Source: Candidatus Omnitrophota bacterium (GTDB lineage Bacteria; Omnitrophota; Gorgyraeia; Gygaellales; Profunditerraquicolaceae). From it: a stretch of 64,000 bases of DNA. The stretch spans positions 28,259-92,258 of the forward strand of contig JAZDOJ010000007.1 in the NCBI GenBank assembly GCA_043798795.1, written 5' to 3'. This document shows positions 10,739-21,197 of the stretch, piece after piece; within the stretch, counting starts at the first letter, position 1, and the number at the start of each line of letters is the position of its first letter. A model generated the notes under the pieces. It saw only the letters and a program-made list of their open reading frames with translations, searched no databases and was not told the origin of the DNA. The translations under genes were made by a program, and so were the position numbers.

Positions 10739-11522
10739 ACGAATCGTAAGTTCTGTCCTTCTTATCGCCCTCATCATTGTCGGGATTCAGATCGACTGGC
10801 TCTGCGGTCTCCTGGTCGCTTTATTTATCATCGGGGGGCTTTACGAATTCTTTACCATGCTGGAGCACAAAGGGATCAGCCTGTATAAATATTGCGGGAT
10901 AGGTATCGGCGCTATCATTCCTTTTTCCTTGATCTTTCGTTTTGAACTCACCAAGAGCTGGGAGTTGCTGTTTATCGTTTTGGCATTGTTGTTTCTCATT
11001 CTTATGCAGTTTCGGCGCAGAGAGAACTCAGGGGTGATCGTGGGAATTTCCACGACACTCTTCGGCATCCTCTATGTCTCCTGGTTCTTGAGTTTCCTTA
11101 TCAAGATAAGGTATCTGGCAGGAGGGCTGGGTTTGATCAGCAGCATCCTGTTGATTACCAAATTAGGCGATATCGGGGCGTATCTGGTGGGCTCGCGATT
11201 CGGTAAAAGGCCTCTTATTCCGCGCATCAGTCCCAACAAATCCGTCGAAGGGGCCTTAGGGGGATTGATTTTTAGTATCCTGGGGGCCTTGCTGAGCAGA
11301 GCCTTCTTAGGTTTTGCTTACGGACATCTTTTTTTCCTGGGTCTTTTTTTTGGGCTCTTAAGCCAATTAGGGGATTTGTCCGAGTCACTGATGAAGCGGG
11401 ATTGCCAGGTTAAGGATTCAGGATCGATCTTTCCTGGCTTGGGAGGCGCCTTGGATTCGGTGGACAGTCTCCTGTTTACGGCCCCTGTTTTTTATTTTTA
11501 CATGAGTATCATTTTAAAATGA
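10728..11522 (+). CDS. cdsA: Phosphatidate cytidylyltransferase
   Basis: Polytopic membrane protein with the CDS signature near the C-terminus (KRDxxVKDSGSIFPGHGGxLDRxDS-like); ATG at 10728 overlaps the uppS stop. Confidence 0.85.
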   Translation: MQTRRIVSSVLLIALIIVGIQIDWLCGLLVALFIIGGLYEFFTMLEHKGISLYKYCGIGIGAIIPFSLIFRFELTKSWELLFIVLALLFLILMQFRRRENSGVIVGISTTLFGILYVSWFLSFLIKIRYLAGGLGLISSILLITKLGDIGAYLVGSRFGKRPLIPRISPNKSVEGALGGLIFSILGALLSRAFLGFAYGHLFFLGLFFGLLSQLGDLSESLMKRDCQVKDSGSIFPGLGGALDSVDSLLFTAPVFYFYMSIILK

Positions 11523-12673
11523 CGTCTATCGTGCTGCTTGGCTCAACGGGTTCCATTGGTCAAAACGCGCTGGAAGTGGTGCGGCGGTTTCCGGACAAAT
11601 TCCGGGTGACAGGCTTAAGCACCCATTCCAATGTCGACCTTTTATCCAGGCAGATAAGCGAATTCCATCCTGAGTTTGTTTGCGTCAAAGACGCCTTGGT
11701 TGCGCAAAGTTTAGGGCGCAGGAAAAAGGCTGGACTTAAGATCCTGATAGGAGAGAAAGGGCTTAGTGAGTTGATTGAGAAGTCAAAAGCTAAAAAAGTC
11801 CTGTTGGCCATAAGTGGTTCCGGAGCCCTTCTACCCTTGCTAAAGGCTATTGATGAGGGAAAACAGATAGCCTTGGCGAATAAAGAGGCCATGGTCATGG
11901 CAGGCGCTCTTGTAATGAAAAAAGCCAAGGAGAAGAAAGTTGAGATCATTCCCATCGACAGCGAACAGTCAGCCATCTGGCAGTGTCTGGCTAAAGATAA
12001 ATCCAGCCCTCTGAAAACCATATATCTGACGGCTTCCGGCGGCCCCTTCAGACAGGTAAGCCAAAAAGCCCTCAAAGATATTTCTGTCAGGGAAGTTTTA
12101 AATCATCCCCGCTGGAAGATGGGAAAAAAGATTACGGTGGACTCGGCGACCCTCATGAACAAAGGGCTGGAACTTCTGGAAGCGATGTTCTTGTTTGACA
12201 TGCCTTGTGAGAAAATAAAAATAGTCGTTCATCCGCAAGCCATCGTCCATTCCATGGTTGAGTTCCTTGATGGTGTTATCCTGGCGCAGCTATCGGCGAC
12301 GGATATGCGTATTCCTATACAATACGCTTTGACGCACCCCTTGCGTCTTTCCAGCGGTTTTCCTCGCGTGGATTTCTTTAAACTAAGAGAGCTCTCTTTT
12401 TATAAGCCTGATTTCAAGAAGTTTCCCTGTTTAGGATTAGCCTATCGGGCGGCCCGCACCCTGGGGACCTTGCCGGCTGTCTTGAATGCTGCTAATGAAG
12501 TGTGCGTGGATGCGTTTTTGAGGCAAAGGATCAAATTTATTTCTATTCCCCAAATTATCGAGAAGGTCATGGACAGGCACCGCTCTACCCGGAATCCTGA
12601 TTTAGGCGAAATTTTACACGCGGATCAGTGGGCGAGGCTAGAAGCGGACCGCGTCATCGAAAATATGAATTAG
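11519..12673 (+). CDS. dxr: 1-deoxy-D-xylulose 5-phosphate reductoisomerase
   Basis: IVLLGSTGSIGQNALEVV NADPH-binding N-terminus; 384 aa; ATGA overlap with cdsA. Confidence 0.95.
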   Translation: MTSIVLLGSTGSIGQNALEVVRRFPDKFRVTGLSTHSNVDLLSRQISEFHPEFVCVKDALVAQSLGRRKKAGLKILIGEKGLSELIEKSKAKKVLLAISGSGALLPLLKAIDEGKQIALANKEAMVMAGALVMKKAKEKKVEIIPIDSEQSAIWQCLAKDKSSPLKTIYLTASGGPFRQVSQKALKDISVREVLNHPRWKMGKKITVDSATLMNKGLELLEAMFLFDMPCEKIKIVVHPQAIVHSMVEFLDGVILAQLSATDMRIPIQYALTHPLRLSSGFPRVDFFKLRELSFYKPDFKKFPCLGLAYRAARTLGTLPAVLNAANEVCVDAFLRQRIKFISIPQIIEKVMDRHRSTRNPDLGEILHADQWARLEADRVIENMN

Positions 12674-12679
12674 GTAAAT

Positions 12680-13771
12680 ATGCTGACATTTCTTATCTTT
12701 ATTCTTATCTTAAGCACGGTCATTGTCGTGCACGAATTCGGGCATTTTATGATGGCGAGAAGAATGGGTGTGCGCGTGGAGAAGTTTTCTTTGGGGTTTG
12801 GCCCTGCGCTCCTGAAGAAGAAAAAGGATGAGACAGAATATTGTCTGAGCGCTATTCCCTTGGGGGGCTACGTCAAGCTCGCCGGTGACAATCTGGAAGA
12901 ATATCAGGGGAAGAAGGATGAGTATTTGGCGCAGGCACCGGGCAGGCGGTTTCACGTTATTTTTTTTGGCCCCCTGCTTAATTATATTCTAGGACTGTTG
13001 CTTTTCTGGGTGATATTTGTTGTAGGTTATCCGTCCCTGACGACTCGGGTTGGCGGGCTGTTGGATGATTTCGGCGCCAAGGATGCAGGATTGCAAGTGG
13101 GAGACAAGATTGAAGCCGTAGACGGAAAGGCGGTGGTTCTTTGGGAGGAGCTCCAGAAGATTATTCAGAGCAAGAAAACCGCTGAAAAGGTAAGATTGAC
13201 GGTTCTGCGCGATGATGATAAGTTTGAGCTGGAGGTGCGCATAAGAGAAAAAAGCATGGACGATTCTTTAGGCCAGAAGCGTAGCGTCGGTTTATTGGGT
13301 ATAACGCCAGCTGATGAGATTATTACGGTCAAGCACGGTATCCTGGAATCTTTGGGCCTGGGGATCAGCAAGACTTGGGAGCTGACCGTCATGACCTATA
13401 AGGCATTAGGGTTTATGATCACAGGCAGGATTTCTATGCGCGAGTCGATCACGGGTCTACCCGGCATGTATTTTATAACTTCCAGAGCTGCCCAGATGGG
13501 GGTGGTGGCGATATTACATCTGGTAGCTGTTTTATCTTTGAGTCTGGCCATATTCAACCTTCTGCCCCTGCCGGTCCTTGACGGCGGACATATCCTTTTC
13601 CTGGGGGTCGAAAAAATAAGGGGGAAGGGTTTGAGTTTGAATGTGGATCGTCTGGTCACGCAGGTTGGGACCATGCTGATCCTGACTTTGGCCGTATTTG
13701 TAACCTATAATGACCTGGTGAGGTTTTACGGAGACAAGATAGACAAGGTTTGGGAGTGGTTTGTCAGGTGA
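12680..13771 (+). CDS. rseP: RIP site-2 zinc metalloprotease
   Basis: HEFGHF zinc motif, PDZ domain, LPLPVLDGGH motif; membrane protein. Confidence 0.9.
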   Translation: MLTFLIFILILSTVIVVHEFGHFMMARRMGVRVEKFSLGFGPALLKKKKDETEYCLSAIPLGGYVKLAGDNLEEYQGKKDEYLAQAPGRRFHVIFFGPLLNYILGLLLFWVIFVVGYPSLTTRVGGLLDDFGAKDAGLQVGDKIEAVDGKAVVLWEELQKIIQSKKTAEKVRLTVLRDDDKFELEVRIREKSMDDSLGQKRSVGLLGITPADEIITVKHGILESLGLGISKTWELTVMTYKALGFMITGRISMRESITGLPGMYFITSRAAQMGVVAILHLVAVLSLSLAIFNLLPLPVLDGGHILFLGVEKIRGKGLSLNVDRLVTQVGTMLILTLAVFVTYNDLVRFYGDKIDKVWEWFVR

Positions 13772-13777
13772 CGCCCT

Positions 13778-14845
13778 ATGAAGATCACAAGACGTAAATC
13801 CAGAATCGTGAAGATTGGTTCTGTTTCTATCGGAGGCACGTATCCGGTCGCCATCCAGTCTATGGTTAAGACCAAGACTTCTCGCATTGAGAAAGTGGTG
13901 AGAGAAATACAGGGCCTGGAAAGGGCCGGTTGCGAGATTGTCCGCGTTGCGGTCAAGGATTCATCCGATGCTTTGGGGATCAAAAAAATCAAACAAAGGG
14001 TGAATCTCCCTATTGTAGCGGATATCCATTTTGATTGGCGCTTAGGGATCAAGTCCATAGAGAGCGGAGCAGATAAGATCCGGTTGAATCCGGGCAATAT
14101 CTATAAAGAGACCCAGATCAAAGAAGTGGTGCGTGCCCTGAAGACCCACGGTGTGCCTTTACGTATTGGAGTTAACTCCGGTTCCGTAAGGAATCTCCGG
14201 GACAAAAGATCGAGCATGGCCGATAAATTAGTGACGAGTTGCCTAAATTATGTTAGGATAGTGGAGAAGCTAAAGTTCTTTGATATCGTCCTTTCCCTCA
14301 AGGGTTCTGGTTGTTTAGATACGCTAGAGGCTTACCGCAAGATGGCCAAATGTTGCGATTATCCTTTGCACCTAGGTGTGACGGCCACAGGCCTGAGCCT
14401 TCAGGGAGCTATCAAATCCAGTATCGCCATCGGCTCTCTTTTGTTGGATGGCATCGGCGATACTATCAGAATTTCTTTGACCGAGGAGCCCCGTCAGGAA
14501 GTGAAGGTAGCACAGATCATCCTGGAATCTTTGGGTCTCGGTACCTTCAGGCCGGAAATTATCAGTTGTCCGACCTGCGGCCGCTGCGAGGTGGATTTAG
14601 TTAAGATAGTAAAGGAACTAGAAAATAAATTATCGACTATACACTATAGACCATTGACCCATTCCCTCAAGGTCGCTGTGATGGGTTGCGTGGTGAACGG
14701 CCCTGGGGAGGCGAGGGAGGCGGATATCGGAATAGCCTTTGGTAAGAAAGAAGGGCTCTTGTTTAGAAACGGCAAGCCCATAAGAAAAATCACTTATGCT
14801 CAAGGTGTCACGGCCCTGCTTAAAGAGATGGAGGCAAAATGGTGA
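13778..14845 (+). CDS. ispG: 4-hydroxy-3-methylbut-2-enyl diphosphate synthase (GcpE)
   Basis: 355 aa; TIM-barrel N-terminal region and C-terminal CPTCGRC [4Fe-4S] motif. Confidence 0.95.
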   Translation: MKITRRKSRIVKIGSVSIGGTYPVAIQSMVKTKTSRIEKVVREIQGLERAGCEIVRVAVKDSSDALGIKKIKQRVNLPIVADIHFDWRLGIKSIESGADKIRLNPGNIYKETQIKEVVRALKTHGVPLRIGVNSGSVRNLRDKRSSMADKLVTSCLNYVRIVEKLKFFDIVLSLKGSGCLDTLEAYRKMAKCCDYPLHLGVTATGLSLQGAIKSSIAIGSLLLDGIGDTIRISLTEEPRQEVKVAQIILESLGLGTFRPEIISCPTCGRCEVDLVKIVKELENKLSTIHYRPLTHSLKVAVMGCVVNGPGEAREADIGIAFGKKEGLLFRNGKPIRKITYAQGVTALLKEMEAKW

Positions 14846-16101
14846 ATAAGGACTTTAAAGACAGGATCAGGCGAAAACTTATCGCCGATTATCGGGAAAT
14901 ACTCTCCAAGGAGTCCATTGATTCCAAACAGCTTGAAGGGGCTATTGGTTATATCTGGGATGAGATGATCCGTCGGGAAGGTATAGCGGTTTCGCAAGAA
15001 GAGAGGGCAAAAATAACCACGGATCTCATCCATGAATTCGCAGGGTTCGGGCCCCTGGAGACCCTTATGAAAGATCCTGTTGTCACCGAGATTATGGTCA
15101 ATGGCGCGGACAAGGTTTATGTGGAGCGTAACGGCAAGACCGAACGGACCCCCATTGTTTTTGAAAGTGAGCGGCAGCTTTTGAATCTGGTCGATAAAAT
15201 TCTCACCGCCACCCGCCGTCACGTCGATGAAAGCTATCCCTATACGGAAGTCGCTTTGAAAGACGGCTGCAGGGTCAACATTGTGATTCCACCCCTGGCT
15301 TTAGATGGTCCGATGTTGACCATCAGAAAATTCACAAAAGAGATCAATGCGGTGGAGGATTTGATAAACCTCAAAACCTTGGATAAGCGAATCAGTGATT
15401 TTCTCATTGCCTGCGTAAGAGCAAAGGTCAACATCATATTCTCGGGTGCGACGGGTGCTGGAAAGACTACGAGTCTTAATGTTTTTTCTTCTTATATCAA
15501 CAATGAAGAGCGCGTCATCACCATTGAAGATACGGCAGAACTGCGCCTGGATCAGGAACATGTGGTGCGGATGGAGGTCAAGCAGGCCAATATCGAAGGC
15601 AAGGGCGAGATCGGCATACGAGAGCTTTTTAAGAATTCTTTGCGCATGCGGCCGGACAGGATTATCTTGGGTGAAATCAGGGGTCAGGAAGCCCTGGATT
15701 TGCTTCAGTCCATCTGTTCCGGGCACAACGGCTCGCTTTCGGTCATCCACGCGAGTTCCCCTCAGGATGTCATCCGTCGTATTGAGGTGATGATTTTGAC
15801 TTCAGGGACGCCGATCCTTGAGCAGGTTATTCATCGTCAGATTGCCGCCGCCATCAATCTGATCATCCAACAGGAACAAATGGTGGATGGCTCAAGAAAG
15901 GTCACCCACGTCACTCAAATAAACGGCATGAAAGATGGACAAGTCGTCCTGGAGGATATTTTTCTTTATGCAAGCGAGGAAACAGGCTCAGGTCTTCCAG
16001 AGGTAGGCCGATGGAAGGCCACGGGCATCATCCCGGTGTTTTATCCTCAATTTAAAAAAGCAGGTGTCGATTTGCCAAGAGAGATATTCAATAAGGATTA
16101 G
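14839..16101 (+). CDS. CpaF/TadA-family type II/IV secretion ATPase (Flp-pilus assembly ATPase-like) with no partner genes
   Basis: Walker A IFSGATGAGKTT; Asp box, Walker B and His box regions typical of CpaF/VirB11; start overlaps the ispG stop by 7 nt (ATGGTGA). Confidence 0.8.
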   Translation: MVNKDFKDRIRRKLIADYREILSKESIDSKQLEGAIGYIWDEMIRREGIAVSQEERAKITTDLIHEFAGFGPLETLMKDPVVTEIMVNGADKVYVERNGKTERTPIVFESERQLLNLVDKILTATRRHVDESYPYTEVALKDGCRVNIVIPPLALDGPMLTIRKFTKEINAVEDLINLKTLDKRISDFLIACVRAKVNIIFSGATGAGKTTSLNVFSSYINNEERVITIEDTAELRLDQEHVVRMEVKQANIEGKGEIGIRELFKNSLRMRPDRIILGEIRGQEALDLLQSICSGHNGSLSVIHASSPQDVIRRIEVMILTSGTPILEQVIHRQIAAAINLIIQQEQMVDGSRKVTHVTQINGMKDGQVVLEDIFLYASEETGSGLPEVGRWKATGIIPVFYPQFKKAGVDLPREIFNKD

Positions 16102-16103
16102 AT

Positions 16104-17399
16104 ATGTTTTGGTCTAAGACGCTTATTCCTACGTTAAAGGAAGTTCCTCAGGAAACAGAATCCATTAGTCATCAGCTGCTTTTGCGCTCCGGCTGTGTCC
16201 GGATGCTTATGGCAGGGGTTTACTCCTACTTGCCTTTGGGTTTTAAGGTCTTAAAGAATATCGAAAAGATCATACGCCAAGAATTGAACAAGGCAGGAGC
16301 CAGTGAGCTGTTGCTTCCGGCTTTGCAGCCTATCGAGATCTGGCAGCGCTCAGGCCGCGATCAGGATTTAGGCGCGGTGATGGTCCGTTTCCAGGACAGA
16401 AAAGGCAGAAGCGTGTGTCTGGGCCCGACCCACGAAGAGGTCATCACGGATCTCGTCAAGAACCACGTGTCCAGTTATAGGCAGCTGCCCCTGGTTTTGT
16501 ATCAGATCCAGACGAAATTCCGGGATGAGATCCGGCCGCGTTCCGGGCTCATCAGGTCTTGCGAATTCATCATGAAAGATGCCTATAGTTTTGATGCGGA
16601 TTCCGCAGGCCTGGACAAAAATTATAAAGCGATGTTCGAGGCTTACAAAAAGATATTTAAGAGATGCGGGCTCGAAATTCTGATCACCGAGGCAGACCCC
16701 GGGGTCATGGGGGGTAACGTATCTCATGAATTTATGGTACCCAGCCGCGAGGGAGAGGATATCGTATGGTTGTGTCCAAGTTGTAAGCGTGTCAAAGCGT
16801 TCGGCCCGACGGATATGAACAAGGAGACAGGAGCCCCTGCGACAGGAGAAGAGGCTACAAAACAAACTTGTGACTGTGGCAGCTCCATGAATCCGATCAA
16901 CACCATTGAAGTCGGGCATATCTTTCAGTTGGGCACAAAATACAGCGCAAGCTTCAATGCCAATTTCCTCGATGCCGAGGGAAAGCTTAAGCCCCTCATC
17001 ATGGGTTGTTACGGAATAGGGGTCTCGCGTCTTGTATCCGGCATTGTGGCGCAAAATAACGACAAAGATGGTATCATCTGGCCCAAGGAAGTTTCTCCCT
17101 TTCAAGTGAGTATCCTTGTTTTGAGCGCAGAAGACCGAAAGTTGATGGATACAGCCCTTTCTGTTTATGAAGAGCTAGAAAGGCTGGGGTTTGATGTGCT
17201 AATGGATGACCGGCCGCAAGAAAGTTCGGGCGTCAAATTCAAAGACGCGGACCTGCTGGGGATTCCCCTACAGATCATCATCGGGAAGCAATCCCTGGAG
17301 AAGGAACTTTTAGAATTAAAAATAAGGCACTCTCAAGAAAAGAGGATGAAGCCAAGACCCGAGATCATAAAGGAAATAGAGATGTTTTTTCATGGATAG
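16104..17399 (+). CDS. proS: Prolyl-tRNA synthetase, bacterial type, short form lacking the INS editing domain
   Basis: N-terminus MFWSKTLIPTLKEVPQETESISHQLLLRSG aligns with bacterial ProRS; class II motifs; only 431 aa; Cys-rich insert CPSCKRV...CDCGS where INS would be. Confidence 0.85.
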   Translation: MFWSKTLIPTLKEVPQETESISHQLLLRSGCVRMLMAGVYSYLPLGFKVLKNIEKIIRQELNKAGASELLLPALQPIEIWQRSGRDQDLGAVMVRFQDRKGRSVCLGPTHEEVITDLVKNHVSSYRQLPLVLYQIQTKFRDEIRPRSGLIRSCEFIMKDAYSFDADSAGLDKNYKAMFEAYKKIFKRCGLEILITEADPGVMGGNVSHEFMVPSREGEDIVWLCPSCKRVKAFGPTDMNKETGAPATGEEATKQTCDCGSSMNPINTIEVGHIFQLGTKYSASFNANFLDAEGKLKPLIMGCYGIGVSRLVSGIVAQNNDKDGIIWPKEVSPFQVSILVLSAEDRKLMDTALSVYEELERLGFDVLMDDRPQESSGVKFKDADLLGIPLQIIIGKQSLEKELLELKIRHSQEKRMKPRPEIIKEIEMFFHG

Positions 17400-17859
17400 G
17401 CAGGAACGTATCGAAGAATTAAGAGGCACGATTCAGGAGTTTCTCAGCCGCCAGCATTTTGATCTCGTCGACCTTATTTACAGATTCGAAGGCCGGGATT
17501 TGTTCCTTAGGATTCTGGTGGACAAACCGGAAGGAGGGATCACGCTGGAGGATTGCGCGCATCTTAACAAAGAAATCAGTCTGTTGCTGGATGAAAAAGA
17601 TTTGGTGCAGCAAAGGTTCATCCTGGAGGTTTCCAGCCCAGGCCTGGACAGGCCCTTAAAGACAAAAAATGATTTTTCACGTTGTCTCAACAGGCAAGTC
17701 AAATTCTTTCTGAACGATGCGGCCCAGGGCCGATGGGAGTGGGAGGGTCTTATTCTTGAAGTCGAAGAGGATCGCGTCATCATTGGGGCGAAAGACACGA
17801 GGGTGACCTTGCCTTTGTCAAAGGTTGCCAAGGCAAAACAGATTATAGAAAATATTTAG
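17392..17859 (+). CDS. rimP: Ribosome maturation factor RimP
   Basis: 155 aa; conserved position immediately upstream of nusA; RimP N- and C-domain pattern. Confidence 0.8.
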   Translation: MDRQERIEELRGTIQEFLSRQHFDLVDLIYRFEGRDLFLRILVDKPEGGITLEDCAHLNKEISLLLDEKDLVQQRFILEVSSPGLDRPLKTKNDFSRCLNRQVKFFLNDAAQGRWEWEGLILEVEEDRVIIGAKDTRVTLPLSKVAKAKQIIENI

Positions 17860-17873
17860 AAATTGGAGTCAAA

Positions 17874-19085
17874 ATGAGTCAAGAATTATTAGCTATCATT
17901 GAGCAGATTGAAAGAGAAAAAGGCATCAAGAAGGAAGTTTTGATCAGTGCTGTGGAAAGCGCGCTGCTGAGTGCCGCCAAAAAAGTCATTGATGTTAAGC
18001 CTGATGAAGAACTTAAAGTCGAACTGGATACCAGTTCGGGGAAAGTCAAGGTCTTTAAAAACGAGGAAGAGGTTCGTTCTGTTGATTTCGGGCGGATAGC
18101 GGCTTCGACAGCTAGGCAGGTGATTATCCAGAAGATGCGCGAGGCCGAAAAGGATGTCGTTTTTAATGAATTCCAGGGCCGGGTCACGGAGATTGTCAGC
18201 GGTACGGTTTACCGATTTGAAAAAGGCAATATCATCGTGGATCTTCTGGGCAAGGCCGAAGGCCTGCTCCTTAAACGGGAACAGTCTCCTCGGGAAGAAT
18301 TCAAGCAGGGCCAACGGATCAGGGCTTATGTTGTTGAAGTCAAAAAAGATACCAAGGGGCCGCAGATCATGCTCTCCCGGGCCCATCCGAACCTGGTGAA
18401 AAAACTGTTTGAATTAGAGGTTCCGGAGATTTACGAAGGGATCGTCGAGATCAAGTCCATTTCCCGTCAGGCCGGAGAACGCACCAAGATTGCCGTTTGG
18501 TCTAAAAACGAAAAAGTGGATTCCGTAGGGGCCTGTGTGGGCGTGCGGGGAAACCGGGTCAGAAATATCGTGAATGAGCTGCAGGGAGAGAAGATCGATA
18601 TCGTGCGTTTTAGCGAAGATATCAGGGAATACATAAAAGCCGCCCTGTCCCCCGCAGAGGTCTCGGAGATAAAATTGGAAAAAGAGAATCTTAAGGCCAC
18701 GGTCATTGTGGACGATAGCCAGTTATCGCTGTCGATCGGTAAACACGGACAGAACGTGAGACTGGCTTCCCGACTGATTGGTTGGGAACTGGATATTCGA
18801 ACCAAGACAGCCCTTTTGGAAGCCGAGAAAGCCAAGAAAGCCGAGCAAGAGAAAGAGGAGGTTGCACCTTTGCCAAAAACAGAGAAGAAAAAGAAGAAAG
18901 AGGCCGTTTCCCTCCAACAGCTTTCAGGCATAGGAGAGAAGACTCTGGAAAACCTGAAGGCAGCCGGGATAAAATCCATCGAAGATCTTTTGAAGGCAGG
19001 CACTCCTGGCTTGACCAAGATAAAAGGCATTGGCGATAAGAAAGCGCAAAAATTAATCGAAGAAGCCAAGAATCTCAAGGCTTAA
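17874..19085 (+). CDS. nusA: Transcription termination/antitermination factor NusA
   Basis: N-terminal domain, S1 and tandem KH domains (GxxGxNVR), C-terminal HhH acidic repeat. Confidence 0.95.
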   Translation: MSQELLAIIEQIEREKGIKKEVLISAVESALLSAAKKVIDVKPDEELKVELDTSSGKVKVFKNEEEVRSVDFGRIAASTARQVIIQKMREAEKDVVFNEFQGRVTEIVSGTVYRFEKGNIIVDLLGKAEGLLLKREQSPREEFKQGQRIRAYVVEVKKDTKGPQIMLSRAHPNLVKKLFELEVPEIYEGIVEIKSISRQAGERTKIAVWSKNEKVDSVGACVGVRGNRVRNIVNELQGEKIDIVRFSEDIREYIKAALSPAEVSEIKLEKENLKATVIVDDSQLSLSIGKHGQNVRLASRLIGWELDIRTKTALLEAEKAKKAEQEKEEVAPLPKTEKKKKKEAVSLQQLSGIGEKTLENLKAAGIKSIEDLLKAGTPGLTKIKGIGDKKAQKLIEEAKNLKA

Positions 19086-19103
19086 GATAAAGGAATTTGA
19101 CTC

Positions 19104-21197
19104 ATGGCGAAATTAAAGGAAAAGAAAGTGGAGCACAAGAAGGTCAAGGTCGTAACGCAAAAGACCAAAAAAACGGTTGGCAATAAGCCCGTTAGACTTA
19201 AGGTTTCTTTAAAGCCCAAAGAGAAAGCCGCCCTTAAGCCTAAAAAACCCCTTTCTGTCAAACCAAAAATTGTCAGAAAAAAAGCAAAGATAGCTGCAGT
19301 TTCTCCTGCGCCTCCAATTTTGACCCAGGAGCCTCAGGTCAAGAAGGTCGTGTCGCCACCTCCACCTCCACCTCCACCTGCGCCTGAGCCGCGCGTGGCT
19401 CCCATCACAAAACCGGCTCCTCAAGAAGTCGCTGTTACCCCCGCCAAAGAGCTTGAGCTTGAATTTCCCATCACCCTAAAGGATTTAGCAGTTAAATTAC
19501 AGGAGAAGCCTTCCACATTGATAAAGATTCTTATGGATATGAGGATCATGGTAGGTATCAATCAGACCCTCGAGGAAGCCGTGGTCAGCAAGATCTGTGA
19601 AAAATATCAGTATGCGATCAAGAAGGCCCCTGACCAGGAGGAATTGGCCTTACGCCTGCATAAGGAGACGGATTCGCCTGAAAATCTAAAACCCCGCTTT
19701 CCTATTGTGACTCTTATGGGCCATGTCGATCATGGTAAAACGTCTTTATTGGACGCTATCAGGAAATCCAAGGTTGTCGATTCAGAGCATGGGGGGATCA
19801 CCCAGCATATCGGCGCTTACAAAGTGATTCTTCCTCACGGCGAGATAACGTTCCTGGACACACCTGGCCATGAGGCTTTTACGGCGATGCGCGCCCGCGG
19901 AGCCAGCATTACAGATATTGTCGTACTGGTGGTGGCTGCGGATGACGGCATGATGCCACAGACCGAGGAGGCTATTGATCATGCGCGTGCGGCTGGCGTA
20001 CCCATCATTGTGGCTGTCAATAAGATGGATAAGCCCCAGGCAGATATCGACCGCGTGAAGAAACAGCTTTCTAAGCTTGAGCTGGCAGCAGAGGACTGGG
20101 GAGGAAAAACGATCACGGTCCCAGTGTCGGCAAAGACAGGCCAGGGAATGGATGACCTCTTAGAGATGATTCTTTTGGAAGCCCAGATGTTGGAGCTTAA
20201 GGCTAATCCCGAACGCCCGGCATCTGGCGTGGTGATAGAGTCGAAAATGGCCAAAGGTAGAGGCCCCGTAGTCACTTTGCTCATTCATAGTGGTACGTTG
20301 CATCTAAATGAAAATATCATCGTCGGCACCTTTTACGGAAAAATAAGAGCCATGTTTAACGATAGAGGTCATTCCGTGACCAGCGTTGGCCCTTCTTCTC
20401 CCGTTGAGGTCCTGGGGATCTCCGGGATTCCTGCGGCCGGAGAGCCGTTTTTTGTGATTGAAGATGAAAAAGAGGCCAAGGGATTGGCTGCCGCACGCAT
20501 GGAAAAATTGAAGCTTCGCCAGATGAAATCCGTTAAAAGAGTGAGCCTTGAGGATCTCCATGCAGAAATAGAGGCCGGTAAGATTAAGGAATTGAAATTG
20601 ATCATCAAGGCAGATGTGCAAGGGTCTTTGGAGGCGATCAAGGACACCTTGAATAAAATCAATGCTTCTGAGATCAAACTCGATTTTATTCATATGGGGG
20701 TAGGCAATATCAATGCGTCGGATGCCATATTGGCTGTTGCCTCCAATGCTCTTATCCTGGGGTTCAATATCGCACAGGATGAAGGCTCCAAAGAGATCGC
20801 GGCTAAGGAAGGGCTTGACATCAGGATGTATAACATTATCTATGAGCTGGCTAATGATATCAAGGCAGCTTTGGAAGGCATGCTTGAGCCTAAGATCAAG
20901 AAGGTCTTTGTGGGCAGGGCAGAAATCAGGAAGGTGCTCAAGCTTTCAAGAGCCGGTACGGTAGCCGGCTGTTTTGTAGCGAAAGGTAAAATCAGCCGTA
21001 ACAACCTCATTCACCTGGTCAGAAACGACGAACTTGTCTTCGAGGGAAAACTATCTTCTTTAAAACGCTTCAAGGATGATGTCCGGGAGGTCAGCGAAGG
21101 TTTTGAATGCGGCTTAACCTTGGCCGGATTCGATGATGTGCATGAAGGGGACCTCGTTGAGGCGTTTGAGATAGAGAAAATAGCACGCAAGCTATGA
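19104..21197 (+). CDS. infB: Translation initiation factor IF-2
   Basis: G-domain motifs [24 protein letters not shown]; 697 aa; lysine-rich N-terminus with a poly-proline tract. Confidence 0.95.
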   Translation: MAKLKEKKVEHKKVKVVTQKTKKTVGNKPVRLKVSLKPKEKAALKPKKPLSVKPKIVRKKAKIAAVSPAPPILTQEPQVKKVVSPPPPPPPPAPEPRVAPITKPAPQEVAVTPAKELELEFPITLKDLAVKLQEKPSTLIKILMDMRIMVGINQTLEEAVVSKICEKYQYAIKKAPDQEELALRLHKETDSPENLKPRFPIVTLMGHVDHGKTSLLDAIRKSKVVDSEHGGITQHIGAYKVILPHGEITFLDTPGHEAFTAMRARGASITDIVVLVVAADDGMMPQTEEAIDHARAAGVPIIVAVNKMDKPQADIDRVKKQLSKLELAAEDWGGKTITVPVSAKTGQGMDDLLEMILLEAQMLELKANPERPASGVVIESKMAKGRGPVVTLLIHSGTLHLNENIIVGTFYGKIRAMFNDRGHSVTSVGPSSPVEVLGISGIPAAGEPFFVIEDEKEAKGLAAARMEKLKLRQMKSVKRVSLEDLHAEIEAGKIKELKLIIKADVQGSLEAIKDTLNKINASEIKLDFIHMGVGNINASDAILAVASNALILGFNIAQDEGSKEIAAKEGLDIRMYNIIYELANDIKAALEGMLEPKIKKVFVGRAEIRKVLKLSRAGTVAGCFVAKGKISRNNLIHLVRNDELVFEGKLSSLKRFKDDVREVSEGFECGLTLAGFDDVHEGDLVEAFEIEKIARKL
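19356..19379 (+). repeat. Hexanucleotide tandem repeat (CCACCT)x4 encoding the poly-Pro run in IF-2
   Basis: ccacctccacctccacctccacct read directly; encodes PPPPPPPP. Confidence 0.8.

Noticed and set aside
16368-17105. 245-aa minus-strand ORF inside proS (and similar long antisense ORFs at 39277-39810, 45014-45550, 20304-20693, 11560-12075, 33393-33881)
   Set aside because: Each lies entirely antisense to a gene with strong, motif-level protein evidence, and their translations have no recognisable features; typical shadow ORFs in a moderately GC-rich coding region
19209-19424. Minus-strand ORF encoding [12 protein letters not shown] repeats
   Set aside because: It is the antisense reading of the (CCACCT)n poly-proline tract in infB and is not independent
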